From an uncultured Oscillospiraceae bacterium (GTDB taxonomy: Bacteria > Bacillota > Clostridia > Christensenellales > CAG-314), in assembly GCA_964577535.1 (NCBI GenBank), contig CAZNZO010000005.1:31433-95432 (forward strand): a stretch of 64,000 nt of DNA, in the 5' to 3' direction. The translations under genes and the position numbers were made by a program. Below are positions 1-8,172 of this stretch, in pieces (position 1 is the first letter of the stretch; each line of letters opens with the position of its first letter). The notes under the pieces are model-generated. The model was not told the DNA's origin and did not search any database. It saw only the letters and a list, made by a program, of their open reading frames with translations.

Positions 1-2
1 TT

Positions 3-941
3 GTGGGGGATAAAGACCAGTTGCCGTCGGTGGGCGCAGGCAACGTTTTGGCGGATATCATTGCCAGCAAAGTGGTGGAAGTGCGCTATTTAACGCACAT
101 CTATCGCCAATCGGAAGATAGCCTTATCGTTTCCAACGCACACCTTGTAAACGGCGGACACATGCCGGAAATTAACAACAAAAGCAAAGACTTTTTTGTT
201 ATGCCTATGGCCGACTACGAAGAGATTGCGCAAACGGTTGTGCAACTTGTAACCACTCGTTTGCCCAAGTTTACCGGTTTGCCCTCTTCCGAAGTGCAAG
301 TTTTGGGCGCTTTGAAAAGCGGTGTTGCCGGCGTGGAAAACCTAAACACTTTGTTGCAAGCGGCGTTGAACCCTGCCGCATACGGCAAAAACGAAACGCA
401 AATTGGCAAAAACGTCATTCGCGTGGGCGACAGGGTTATGCAAACGGTAAACAACTACGAACTGCCTTTCAAACGCTTTTTGCCCGGCGGCATGGTGGAA
501 GAAGGCGAAGGTGTTTTCAACGGCGATATAGGCGTTGTGCAAAGCATCGACAGGGTGAACGGCGAAATGCTGGTGGCTTTCGACGACAACCGCATTGCAA
601 GCTATTCACGGCAGGACTATTCCGATTTGCAACCGGCCTATGCCATCACTATTCACAAAAGCCAAGGCAGCGAGTTCGAAGTGGTTGTGGTGCCACTTGT
701 AAACGGCCCGCCTTCCATAATCAACAGAAATTTGCTCTATACGGCTATCACTCGCGCAAAGCGTGCCGTTGTGCTTGTGGGCAGCAAAAAGGTGCTTGCC
801 ATGATGGTACACAACAACTACATTGCCACTCGCACAACCAATTTGCGCAGATTTTTGCAACGCGACAGCCGTTTTATTCGCAACGCTTTTGCTTCGGTTG
901 TTGAAGAATCCAACCAAGGCGAACCGCCTTTGGAAGACTAA
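3..941 (+). CDS. recD2: RecD2-like SF1 DNA helicase, C-terminal portion (5' end outside window)
   Basis: Frame is open to the window edge. Helicase motifs GDKDQLPSVGAGNVL, YAITIHKSQGSEF and LLYTAITRAKR are present. It sits in the Firmicutes-type recD2-comFC-secA-prfB arrangement. Confidence 0.85.
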   Translation: MGDKDQLPSVGAGNVLADIIASKVVEVRYLTHIYRQSEDSLIVSNAHLVNGGHMPEINNKSKDFFVMPMADYEEIAQTVVQLVTTRLPKFTGLPSSEVQVLGALKSGVAGVENLNTLLQAALNPAAYGKNETQIGKNVIRVGDRVMQTVNNYELPFKRFLPGGMVEEGEGVFNGDIGVVQSIDRVNGEMLVAFDDNRIASYSRQDYSDLQPAYAITIHKSQGSEFEVVVVPLVNGPPSIINRNLLYTAITRAKRAVVLVGSKKVLAMMVHNNYIATRTTNLRRFLQRDSRFIRNAFASVVEESNQGEPPLED

Positions 942-944
942 AAA

Positions 945-1691
945 ATGAAACACTTTTGGTGGAAACTTAAAAACGCTTTGCAAACGGCAGTTGCGCCAAC
1001 GCAGTTCAAGTGCCTCAATTGCGGCACGGACGTGTTTGGCGAAGTGGGCTTTTGCAAAGATTGCCTAGAAAAAGTCACTTTCAACAACGGCAAAACGTGT
1101 TTGCGTTGCGGTGTTGCCTTGCACGGTGCCGAAGACTATTGCGGTCGTTGCGCCTTCGAAAAGACCTATTTCGACAGGGCGTATTCGCCTTTTTGCTACG
1201 ACGGCGCCGTTCAAAAGGCCATTTTGGATATGAAGTTCAACAATCTTGGTTCCAACGCCAGAGTGTTGGCGGCATATCTTGTTTTTGCGGCGCAAAAATA
1301 CAATTTGCAGTTCGACGTGGTAACCTTTGTGCCCATGTCGCCAAAATCGCAAAAGAAAAGGGGCTACAACCAATCGCAATTGTTGGCCGAACACTTTTGC
1401 TACAAGTTAGATATCGACTTTCCGTTGCATGCTCTAACAAAAACAAAGGAAACGGCTCGGCAAGAAACACTGGGCAAAAAGCAACGACAGGAAAATTTGG
1501 TGGGCGCTTTTTCCGCAAACGACAGCGTTCGTGGAAAAAGAGTTCTGCTTATAGACGACGTAAAGACGACGGGCGCAACGCTTAACGAATGTGCAAAAGC
1601 GTTGAAGCGCAAAGGTGCAACGCAAGTAATCGGCCTTACGGTTGCTTCGCGCGAAGAGCGCACCGTTTGGGAAATAGAGGAGGAAATATGA
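945..1691 (+). CDS. comFC: ComF family protein (ComFC-like, phosphoribosyltransferase fold)
   Basis: 248-aa ORF with N-terminal paired CxxC zinc-finger motifs (CLNCG..CKDC, CLRCG..CGRC). PRTase motif VLLIDDVKTTGATL is present. Its TGA stop overlaps the secA ATG (ATGA at 1688-1691). Confidence 0.85.
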   Translation: MKHFWWKLKNALQTAVAPTQFKCLNCGTDVFGEVGFCKDCLEKVTFNNGKTCLRCGVALHGAEDYCGRCAFEKTYFDRAYSPFCYDGAVQKAILDMKFNNLGSNARVLAAYLVFAAQKYNLQFDVVTFVPMSPKSQKKRGYNQSQLLAEHFCYKLDIDFPLHALTKTKETARQETLGKKQRQENLVGAFSANDSVRGKRVLLIDDVKTTGATLNECAKALKRKGATQVIGLTVASREERTVWEIEEEI

Positions 1692-4495
1692 AATATATAT
1701 CCGAACAATATGCGCAATCTTTCAAGGTTACAAAAAAAGCCTATGGTGGCGGTAACGCTTCCGCAGTTAAAAAACTGCAAAAGATTGCCGACTTGGTGGA
1801 ACAAAAGGAAGCGTTTTATGCGGCGTTTAGCGACGAGCAACTTGCCCAGCAAACTTCCGTTTTTAAAACTCGTTTGCAAAACGGCGAAACAACCGACGAT
1901 ATTTTGCCCGATGCCTATGCCGTGTGCCGCGAAGCCAGCAAGCGTGTGTTGCATCAACGCCACTACTACGTGCAAGTTTTGGGCGGAATTGCTCTGCACC
2001 AAGGCCGTATTTGCCAAATGGCCACCGGCGAAGGCAAAACCTTGACGGAAACGTTGCCCGCCTACCTAAACGCTTTGACGGGCAATGGAGTTCATATTGT
2101 CACCGTCAACGAATATCTTGCCAAGCGCGATATGGAATGGATGGGCAAAGTGTTCCGCTTTTTGGGCCTAACTGTTGGCGTAACGCTAAGCAAACAAACT
2201 GCTCGCGAAAAACGCGCCGCCTACGCTTGCGATATCACCTACGGCACCAACAACGAATTTGGTTTTGACTACCTGCGCGACAATATGTCTACCGTTCGCG
2301 CAAACTGCGTGCAAAGAGGACTAAACTTTGTTATCATCGACGAAGTGGATAGCATTTTGATTGACGAAGCCAGAACGCCCCTTATCATTTCCGGCCCTAG
2401 CGGAAAATCCAGCGACGGCTACGAAAAGGCCAACCGCTTTGTTTGCACTTTGCAAAACAGCACCAACGTGGATGATGAAGGCAAAACGGCCGATGCCGAA
2501 ACGGAACCCAACGGCCACTACGTTGTGGATAAAAAGGAAAAAACCGTTCGTTTGACGGAACGCGGAGTTAGCAAGGCAGAACAATTTTTCGGTCTGGAAA
2601 ATCTTTCCGACCCCGAAAACACCGAAATAAACCACTATATAAACAACGCTTTGCGTGCGCACGCCATTATGCACCGCGACGACGACTACATTGTGGAAAA
2701 AGGTCAAGTTGTAATTGTCGATTCCTTCACCGGCCGCAAAATGGATGGCCGCCGTTATAGCAACGGTTTGCACCAAGCAATCGAAGCCAAAGAACACGTC
2801 ACCATCAAGGAAGAAAACAAAACTTTGGCAACCATCACCTTCCAAAACTTTTTCCGTCTGTATCGCAAAATGAGCGGCATGACGGGAACAGCCAAAACGG
2901 AAGAAGACGAATTCAACACTATCTATAATATCGACGTTGTGGCAATTCCCACAAACATGCCCATGATTCGCGACGACCAGCCGGATATTATTTTTGCCAG
3001 CCGTCAGGGCAAGTTGCGTGCAATTGTCGCCGACGTTAAACGCCGTCATGAAAACGGGCAACCGTTGCTTATTGGCACCGTCACGGTGGAAAAGAGCGAA
3101 GAACTTTCCAAATTGCTAAAAGCCGAAGGCGTTCCGCACAAGGTTTTGAACGCCAAGTTCGACAAGTTGGAAGCGGAAATAGTTGCGCAAGCAGGACGTT
3201 TTGGCGCCGTTACCATAGCAACAAACATGGCCGGCCGCGGCACCGACATTTTGCTGGGCGGCAATCCGGAATTTTTGGCCAAGCAGGAACTAAAACGCTT
3301 GGGCTACGAAGAAGAACAAATCGAAGCGGCTACGGGCTTTGTTCGTGACCCCGAAGTGGAACAATTGCACGAACAATTTGTGCAGTTGGTGGCAAAATAT
3401 CAGCAAGAAACCGCCACAGAAAAGCAAAAGGTGGTGCAAGTAGGCGGATTGTGCGTTATCGGTTCCGAAAGGCACGATTCTCGCCGCATCGACAACCAGT
3501 TGCGCGGCCGTTCGGGACGTCAAGGCGACCCCGGAACAAGTGTGTTCTACGTATCGGCCGAAGACGAAATGGTGCGCATTTTCAGCGGAGATTTGATGCA
3601 ACGTGCAATGGCATTTTTGCGTGTGGACGAAGATACCCCCATGCAAGCCAAAATGCTTTCCCGCGCAATCGAATCGGCGCAAAAACGCATCGAAGGCATT
3701 CACTTTTCTGCCCGCAAAAACGTGTTGCAATATGACGACGTGAACAACCAACAACGCAAGGTTATCTATCGCGAACGCAATCGTGTTTTGGATGGTGAAG
3801 ACGTGCACGACGAAATTTTGGCAATGGCGCACGACTATGCCCGCCACGCATTGGAAGATGCTTGCGACGGCAACGAAAACGTTAGCGAATGGCGTTTGGA
3901 CGAAGTTAACAAGCGCCTTAAAAACTACTTCCCCGTGGAAGAAGATTTGGTTTTGGATGATGGCTGCACCGCCCGTGAAATCTGCGCCGAACTTGCCGAA
4001 ACCTGCCGCAATTTGCTTAACGAGCGCGCCGCCGAAGAAAATGTTGAAGTGCCCTTCCGTGAAGCGGAACGCTACGTTTTGTTGCGTATCACGGATAAGT
4101 TGTGGATGGATCACATCGACGCATTGGACGACCTTCGCAAGGGTGTTGGCCTGCAATCCATCGGCCAGCACGATCCTCTTGTTGTCTACAAAAAAGAAGC
4201 CTACGATATGTTCGAAAAGCTCAACGAAGAAATCAAGGTGCAAACAATTCGCATGCTGTTCTTTGGCAGATTGGTGCGCGTGGCATCCATTGCCGCACCC
4301 TCCCAGGAAGACGTCAACCCCGAAAAGAATTTGAACGGCCCTTGCCCGTGCGGAAGCGGCAAAAAATACAAAAACTGCTGTTACCAAAAGGATAAGCAAA
4401 CTCAAACAGCAACAAACGACGAAAAACCTCTTTCCAAAAAGGACAAATACGCTTTGAAGCGTCAACAACGCAAGGAAAACAAAAACAAAAAGTAA
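1688..4495 (+). CDS. secA: Preprotein translocase ATPase SecA
   Basis: Start placed at ATG 1688, preceded by gaggagga; the ORF-track start at 1589 lies inside comFC. Motifs seen: Walker A MATGEGKTL, DEVDSILIDEARTPLIISG, and C-terminal zinc finger CPCGSGKKYKNCC followed by a Lys-rich tail. Confidence 0.95.
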   Translation: MKYISEQYAQSFKVTKKAYGGGNASAVKKLQKIADLVEQKEAFYAAFSDEQLAQQTSVFKTRLQNGETTDDILPDAYAVCREASKRVLHQRHYYVQVLGGIALHQGRICQMATGEGKTLTETLPAYLNALTGNGVHIVTVNEYLAKRDMEWMGKVFRFLGLTVGVTLSKQTAREKRAAYACDITYGTNNEFGFDYLRDNMSTVRANCVQRGLNFVIIDEVDSILIDEARTPLIISGPSGKSSDGYEKANRFVCTLQNSTNVDDEGKTADAETEPNGHYVVDKKEKTVRLTERGVSKAEQFFGLENLSDPENTEINHYINNALRAHAIMHRDDDYIVEKGQVVIVDSFTGRKMDGRRYSNGLHQAIEAKEHVTIKEENKTLATITFQNFFRLYRKMSGMTGTAKTEEDEFNTIYNIDVVAIPTNMPMIRDDQPDIIFASRQGKLRAIVADVKRRHENGQPLLIGTVTVEKSEELSKLLKAEGVPHKVLNAKFDKLEAEIVAQAGRFGAVTIATNMAGRGTDILLGGNPEFLAKQELKRLGYEEEQIEAATGFVRDPEVEQLHEQFVQLVAKYQQETATEKQKVVQVGGLCVIGSERHDSRRIDNQLRGRSGRQGDPGTSVFYVSAEDEMVRIFSGDLMQRAMAFLRVDEDTPMQAKMLSRAIESAQKRIEGIHFSARKNVLQYDDVNNQQRKVIYRERNRVLDGEDVHDEILAMAHDYARHALEDACDGNENVSEWRLDEVNKRLKNYFPVEEDLVLDDGCTAREICAELAETCRNLLNERAAEENVEVPFREAERYVLLRITDKLWMDHIDALDDLRKGVGLQSIGQHDPLVVYKKEAYDMFEKLNEEIKVQTIRMLFFGRLVRVASIAAPSQEDVNPEKNLNGPCPCGSGKKYKNCCYQKDKQTQTATNDEKPLSKKDKYALKRQQRKENKNKK

Positions 4496-4512
4496 TTTTT
4501 GGGTGAACAAAA

Positions 4513-5607
4513 ATGATTCAAATTGAAGACCTAAAACTCAAAATAAAGCAATTGCAAAGCAAAATCGACGGCATTGGCGAAAGTTTGAACATTCCCAAAC
4601 TAACGGAAGAGTTGCAAGGACTAACCGAACAGCAACACCGTGCGGATTTTTGGGACGACGTTAAAAACGCTCAAACGGTTAGTCAACGCGCCAAAAATAT
4701 CGAGGATAAAATTGCAAGCTATCAAAAGTTGCGCGCCAAACTTGGTGACGTTGCGGAACTTTTGGATATGTGCGACGGCGACGAAGCCATGCTAAACGAA
4801 ACGGCCGAAGAAGTTATTTCGGCAGAAAACGCCGTTTCGGAAATGCACATTGCAACGCTGCTTTCCGGCAAGTTCGATGCCAACAACGCCATTTTGACGT
4901 TGCACGCAGGCGCCGGCGGAACGGAAGCGCAAGATTGGGTGCAAATGCTTTACCGCATGTACACTCGCTATGCCGAACGCCGTGGCTACAAAGTGCAACT
5001 ATTAGATATGTTGGCCGGCGAAGAAGCCGGCATAAAATCCGTTACCTTTCAAGTTAACGGAGCCAATGCCTACGGCTATTTGAAGGCGGAAAAGGGCGTT
5101 CACCGTTTGGTGCGCATTTCCCCATTCGATGCTCAAAAACGCCGCCACACAAGCTTTGCCTCGCTGGAAGTTATGCCAGAGTTGCCGCAAGATAACGACG
5201 TTGTTATTGAAGACAAGGATTTGAAGGTGGATACCTACCGCAGTTCCGGCGCCGGCGGTCAACACATCAACAAAACGGAAAGCGCCATTCGCATCACGCA
5301 CATTCCCACAGGAATTGTTGTTTCTTGCCAAACGCAACGCAGCCAAATTCAAAACAGAGAGCAAGCCATGCTTATGCTAAAAGGCAAACTTGCCGAACTA
5401 AAAGAGCGGGAGCAAATGGAAGAAGCAATGTCCATCAAGGGGGAAATAAAAAAGATAGAGTGGGGCAGTCAAATTCGATCCTACGTGTTTTGCCCCTACA
5501 CTTTGGTCAAGGACCATCGCACCAACTTCGAAAACGCAAACATTGCCGACGTTATGGACGGCAACTTGCAACCTTTCATCGAAGACTATTTGCAAAAAGC
5601 CTTCTAG
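4513..5607 (+). CDS. prfB: Peptide chain release factor 2 (single uninterrupted ORF)
   Basis: 364 aa. RF2-specific SPF tripeptide (RISPFDAQ), GGQ motif (SSGAGGQHINKTESAIRITH), and the conserved secA-prfB adjacency. Confidence 0.93.
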   Translation: MIQIEDLKLKIKQLQSKIDGIGESLNIPKLTEELQGLTEQQHRADFWDDVKNAQTVSQRAKNIEDKIASYQKLRAKLGDVAELLDMCDGDEAMLNETAEEVISAENAVSEMHIATLLSGKFDANNAILTLHAGAGGTEAQDWVQMLYRMYTRYAERRGYKVQLLDMLAGEEAGIKSVTFQVNGANAYGYLKAEKGVHRLVRISPFDAQKRRHTSFASLEVMPELPQDNDVVIEDKDLKVDTYRSSGAGGQHINKTESAIRITHIPTGIVVSCQTQRSQIQNREQAMLMLKGKLAELKEREQMEEAMSIKGEIKKIEWGSQIRSYVFCPYTLVKDHRTNFENANIADVMDGNLQPFIEDYLQKAF

Positions 5608-5699
5608 TTTAGCCCCGTAAAACACATGCCGCCAAAAGCACAAACAACCAGTGCAATTAAAACTAAAATTGTGTAATACCTAAGCAACGCAAATCATCA

Positions 5700-6003
5700 A
5701 TGCTACAAAGCTAAAATACCCAAAGCGAAGTGGCAGAAGTGGCATAAAATAATGGTATGGGATAGAAATAATATAAGATATAAATAAAACAGAATCACCC
5801 AAAACAGAAGCAACGAAAATTGAAACAGCAAGAAAATAATAAAAAGAAACAAACAAAAAGAATAATAAAAAGAACAATAAAAACAACAACAGAAATAACA
5901 AGAAACAATAACAATAATTAAAATAGTAACAACTAAAATAGTAATAATTAAAATAGTAGTAATTAAAAATAACCATTAAAAATAACTATCAAAAATAACA
6001 AAA
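5700..6003. repeat. Strand-asymmetric A-rich low-complexity tract (A-rich on + strand)
   Basis: By direct reading, the + strand is dominated by A with interspersed C/G and frequent taa stops. The only ORF is a Phe/Tyr/Leu-rich artefact-like ORF on the - strand (5680-5976) with no RBS. Confidence 0.6.
5919..5999. repeat. Degenerate tandem repeats: 3 x 15 bp then 3 x 13 bp
   Basis: taaaatagta recurs at 5919, 5934 and 5949 (period 15). (t/c)aaaaataac recurs at 5964, 5977 and 5990 (period 13). Confidence 0.75.
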
Positions 6004-6031
6004 CGCCTACCGCAAATGCGGCAGGCGTTTT
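6004..6031. terminator. Bidirectional rho-independent terminator candidate
   Basis: Stem cgcctaccgc / gcggcaggcg (one A-C mismatch) with loop aaat. It is flanked by aaaa upstream and tttt downstream, and lies between convergent prfB (+) and the GT28 gene (-). Confidence 0.6.
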
Positions 6032-6119
6032 GTGTTTGTTATTGTTCTTTCACACACTAAGCAATGAGCCGAGATGGTTGATAGCGGCAGGTGTTTTGTG
6101 TTTGTCATTGTTCTTTTAC
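6018..6119. repeat. 36-bp direct repeat, two copies 66 bp apart
   Basis: 6018-6053 gcggcaggcgttttgtgtttgttattgttctttcac versus 6084-6119 gcggcaggtgttttgtgtttgtcattgttcttttac (33 of 36 identical). The first copy includes the 3' arm of the terminator hairpin. Confidence 0.7.
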
Positions 6120-6182
6120 CCCAAGTTTTTTGCAACAAAGCGTTGTTTGCTGTTGCGCTCAACTAGTGGTTTGTTTTTGTGC

Positions 6183-7295
6183 CTATGCTTGCATCTGCAA
6201 CAAGTCCATAATGGTGGAGCAGACGGTTTGAACGCCTCCTTCGGCAAAGTCTGCGCAGGCGTTTTGCATCGACAGGCATTTTTGTGGGTTGTTTTGCAAT
6301 TCTTGCACTGTTTGGGTAACGCTCTTGGCATTTTCCAGCACAATTGCAGCACCGGCCTGTTGCAAAATTTGTGCGTTTTCTCTTTCGTTTATTATCGGCT
6401 TTTCGCGAATAACAATGGGCAGGCGCTTGGCGGTGGCCTCAAACAGAGTGCCGCCACCGGCTTTGGTTATAATCACGTCGGAGCAACTCATCAGCTCGTG
6501 CAAGTTATCCACAAAGCCAAAATTCAAAAAGTTTTGAGCATTTGCCGTTTTACGCTGAATTTTTTTGTACATTTTTTGGTTGCGGCCGTTTACGCACAAA
6601 ATTTGAACGTCCGCTTTAAGCAGTTGTTTGGCAATTTTCCAGTTATCCGTCACACCAAAACCGCCGCCGCAAATAAGCACGGTAAATTTGTCTTTCAGCC
6701 CCAGTTTTTTGCGAAGTTGTTGCTTGTCTTGCTGCGTCAAATAGCTATCTGCCACGGGAAAGCCGCACGCAACCAGTTGATTTTTGTCAAAACCTTTTTG
6801 TTGCAACTGCTCAAATGCGTGTTGCGTTGGCGTAAGAACGTAGTCGCACCGCACGGCCGATTCCCACAAGGGGTGGGGCAAAATGTCTGTCAAAACGGCA
6901 AAGGCTTTTTTACCTGCAAAACGTCCTTGGCGTTTCCACTTGTCGCAAAGCATTGCGCAGTAGGGGTGCACAGCAACAAAAAAATCGAAAGCCTCGTCCT
7001 TTATCTTGTTGAACACAAAATCGGCAATGCCATCCACTTCCCTTTGCGCCACACCGTGATAGCGACGGTCGCTGTTGCGGAACTTCAGCTTTTTCCAAAA
7101 ATAATCGTATGTTTTGGGAAAATATTTGCAAGCCAAAAGATAACCAAGATTGTTAAATTGGTATTCCCACTTGTTGTGCGCAAAAACGTCAACTATTTGG
7201 CTTTGCACGCCCAAAATTTCAAATTGCTTGGCCAGCGATTTTGCAACGTTGTTGTGCCCTTCGCCGCTGGTCATGGTTAGTATAATTGCTTTCAC
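6183..7295 (-). CDS. GT28-family glycolipid glycosyltransferase (MGDG synthase / UgtP-like)
   Basis: Start moved to GTG 7295, preceded by aaaggag; the ORF-track start at 7346 has no RBS. N-terminal ILTMTSGEGHNNVAKSL and C-terminal ITKAGGGTLFEA motifs are typical of the MurG/MGDG-synthase fold. Confidence 0.8.
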   Translation of the reverse strand: MKAIILTMTSGEGHNNVAKSLAKQFEILGVQSQIVDVFAHNKWEYQFNNLGYLLACKYFPKTYDYFWKKLKFRNSDRRYHGVAQREVDGIADFVFNKIKDEAFDFFVAVHPYCAMLCDKWKRQGRFAGKKAFAVLTDILPHPLWESAVRCDYVLTPTQHAFEQLQQKGFDKNQLVACGFPVADSYLTQQDKQQLRKKLGLKDKFTVLICGGGFGVTDNWKIAKQLLKADVQILCVNGRNQKMYKKIQRKTANAQNFLNFGFVDNLHELMSCSDVIITKAGGGTLFEATAKRLPIVIREKPIINERENAQILQQAGAAIVLENAKSVTQTVQELQNNPQKCLSMQNACADFAEGGVQTVCSTIMDLLQMQA

Positions 7296-7470
7296 GGCAA
7301 TTCTCCTTTTGCCTGGCATGGCAAAGTAGTGAACACATTTTAGCACAGTTTTTTTGCCGTGGCAACGGTTTGGTAAGGCGCAAAAAAGGCACTTCGGGGC
7401 TATTTGTCAAAAAGTTTGCACATTTGCGTATAATTTTTCAAAAAAAGTTGAAAAATTTTTGTAAAAACTA

Positions 7471-7498
7471 TTGACAAACGTGCTGGAAGTGGTATAAT
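7471..7498 (+). promoter_or_regulatory. Sigma-A type promoter of hsp20
   Basis: TTGACA (7471-7476), 16-nt spacer, TATAAT (7493-7498). Confidence 0.65.
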
Positions 7499-7499
7499 G

Positions 7500-7526
7500 T
7501 TAGCAGTCGAACGGAAAGAGTGCTAA
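7500..7526 (+). promoter_or_regulatory. CIRCE operator (HrcA binding site)
   Basis: TTAGCAGTC-gaacggaaa-GAGTGCTAA versus the CIRCE consensus TTAGCACTC-N9-GAGTGCTAA (one mismatch). It lies immediately downstream of the -10 box. Confidence 0.85.
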
Positions 7527-7610
7527 CAAACAAAACCGACGATTGCCAAAAATTACGGTTGCGGGCGCTCGGAACGCCGAAAATTTCAAATCATAAAGGA
7601 GAAACCTACT

Positions 7611-8012
7611 ATGAAAAACTATCTTACCAGAAGAAACAGCGATATATTTGAAGATGCATTCAACGACTTTTTCCGTCCTTTCTACGTGGACGAAGAAGCT
7701 TCCATCATGAAAACGGACATAAAAGAAACGGAACAATCGTATCTTATGGACGTGGAAATGGCCGGCTTCAATAAATCCGACATCGCACTTAAATACGAAA
7801 ACGGATATTTGACCGTTTCCGCAAAGAAAGCCGAAAAGGACGAAAACGTCAAATACATTCGCAGAGAGCGTGCGTTCAGTTGCAGCAGAAGCTACTATCT
7901 TGGTGACGTAAACGAAAAGGCCATCAAAGCCAAGTACGAAAACGGCGTTTTGGAAATTGTTGTTCCCAAAGAAAAGCCGGAAAACACCACGCACTGCATC
8001 GATGTTGAATAA
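7611..8012 (+). CDS. hsp20: Small heat-shock protein, Hsp20/alpha-crystallin family
   Basis: 133 aa with RBS aaggag. The alpha-crystallin domain pattern is present (DIKETEQSYLMDVEMAGFNKSDIALKYENGYLTVSAKK ... ENGVLEIVVPK). Confidence 0.9.
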   Translation: MKNYLTRRNSDIFEDAFNDFFRPFYVDEEASIMKTDIKETEQSYLMDVEMAGFNKSDIALKYENGYLTVSAKKAEKDENVKYIRRERAFSCSRSYYLGDVNEKAIKAKYENGVLEIVVPKEKPENTTHCIDVE

Positions 8013-8091
8013 CGCTTGTCGTTTTTGAAAATTGTTAATTTCAACCCCCTGTTGCACTTCCTCCAAAGCGCGCAGGGGTGTTTGCTATATG

Positions 8092-8120
8092 TTGACAAAA
8101 AGAAAAATCGGATATATTAT
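8092..8120 (+). promoter_or_regulatory. Candidate promoter of htpG
   Basis: TTGACA (8092-8097), 17-nt spacer, TATTAT (8115-8120). No CIRCE-like repeat follows. Confidence 0.4.
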
Positions 8121-8172
8121 TAAAAAAATGCCGTTCCACCCTCGGAACTTGCACAAAAAAGTGAGGAACGAT

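Noticed and set aside
1589-1687. N-terminal extensions offered by the ORF track. Examples: secA from 1589, htpG from 8032, GH13 from 10335, proS from 17821, ApbE from 20483, eda from 40368, uxaB from 45301, and P4 from 59424
   Set aside because: The upstream extensions lack RBSs, overlap upstream genes, terminators or promoters, and add non-homologous residues. Internal ATG/GTG starts with good RBSs reproduce the canonical N-termini.
3290-4510. 406-aa - strand ORF opposite secA. Similar antisense ORFs occur at 2321-3061, 17950-18996, 41330-42259, 46640-47458 and 48933-49691
   Set aside because: Each lies fully inside a confidently identified gene on the other strand, in mirror register, and has a low-complexity hydrophobic translation.
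5680-5976. 98-aa Phe/Tyr/Leu-rich ORF on the - strand within the A-rich tract
   Set aside because: It has no Shine-Dalgarno sequence. It starts immediately after a terminator, and its codon composition is unlike every other gene here. A T-rich strand is expected to be stop-poor by chance. It is kept only as an alternative explanation in the corresponding finding.
5919-5999. Short tandem repeats considered as a CRISPR array
   Set aside because: The repeat units are 13-15 bp and directly adjacent with no spacers. They are AT-only low complexity, and no cas genes are present.
6505-6513. Perfect DnaA box TTATCCACA, with a second (reverse-orientation) copy at 2524-2532, considered together with the AT-rich tract as a possible replication origin
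   Set aside because: Both boxes lie inside coding sequences several kb apart. There is no cluster of boxes next to the AT-rich tract, and no dnaA/dnaN context. One or two 9-mer matches in 64 kb are expected by chance.
6030-7280. 416-aa + strand ORF opposite the GT28 glycosyltransferase gene
   Set aside because: The - strand product has clear GT28/MurG-fold motifs and an RBS plus GTG start. The + strand ORF starts in the terminator/repeat region and has no RBS or motifs. It is a codon-register mirror ORF.
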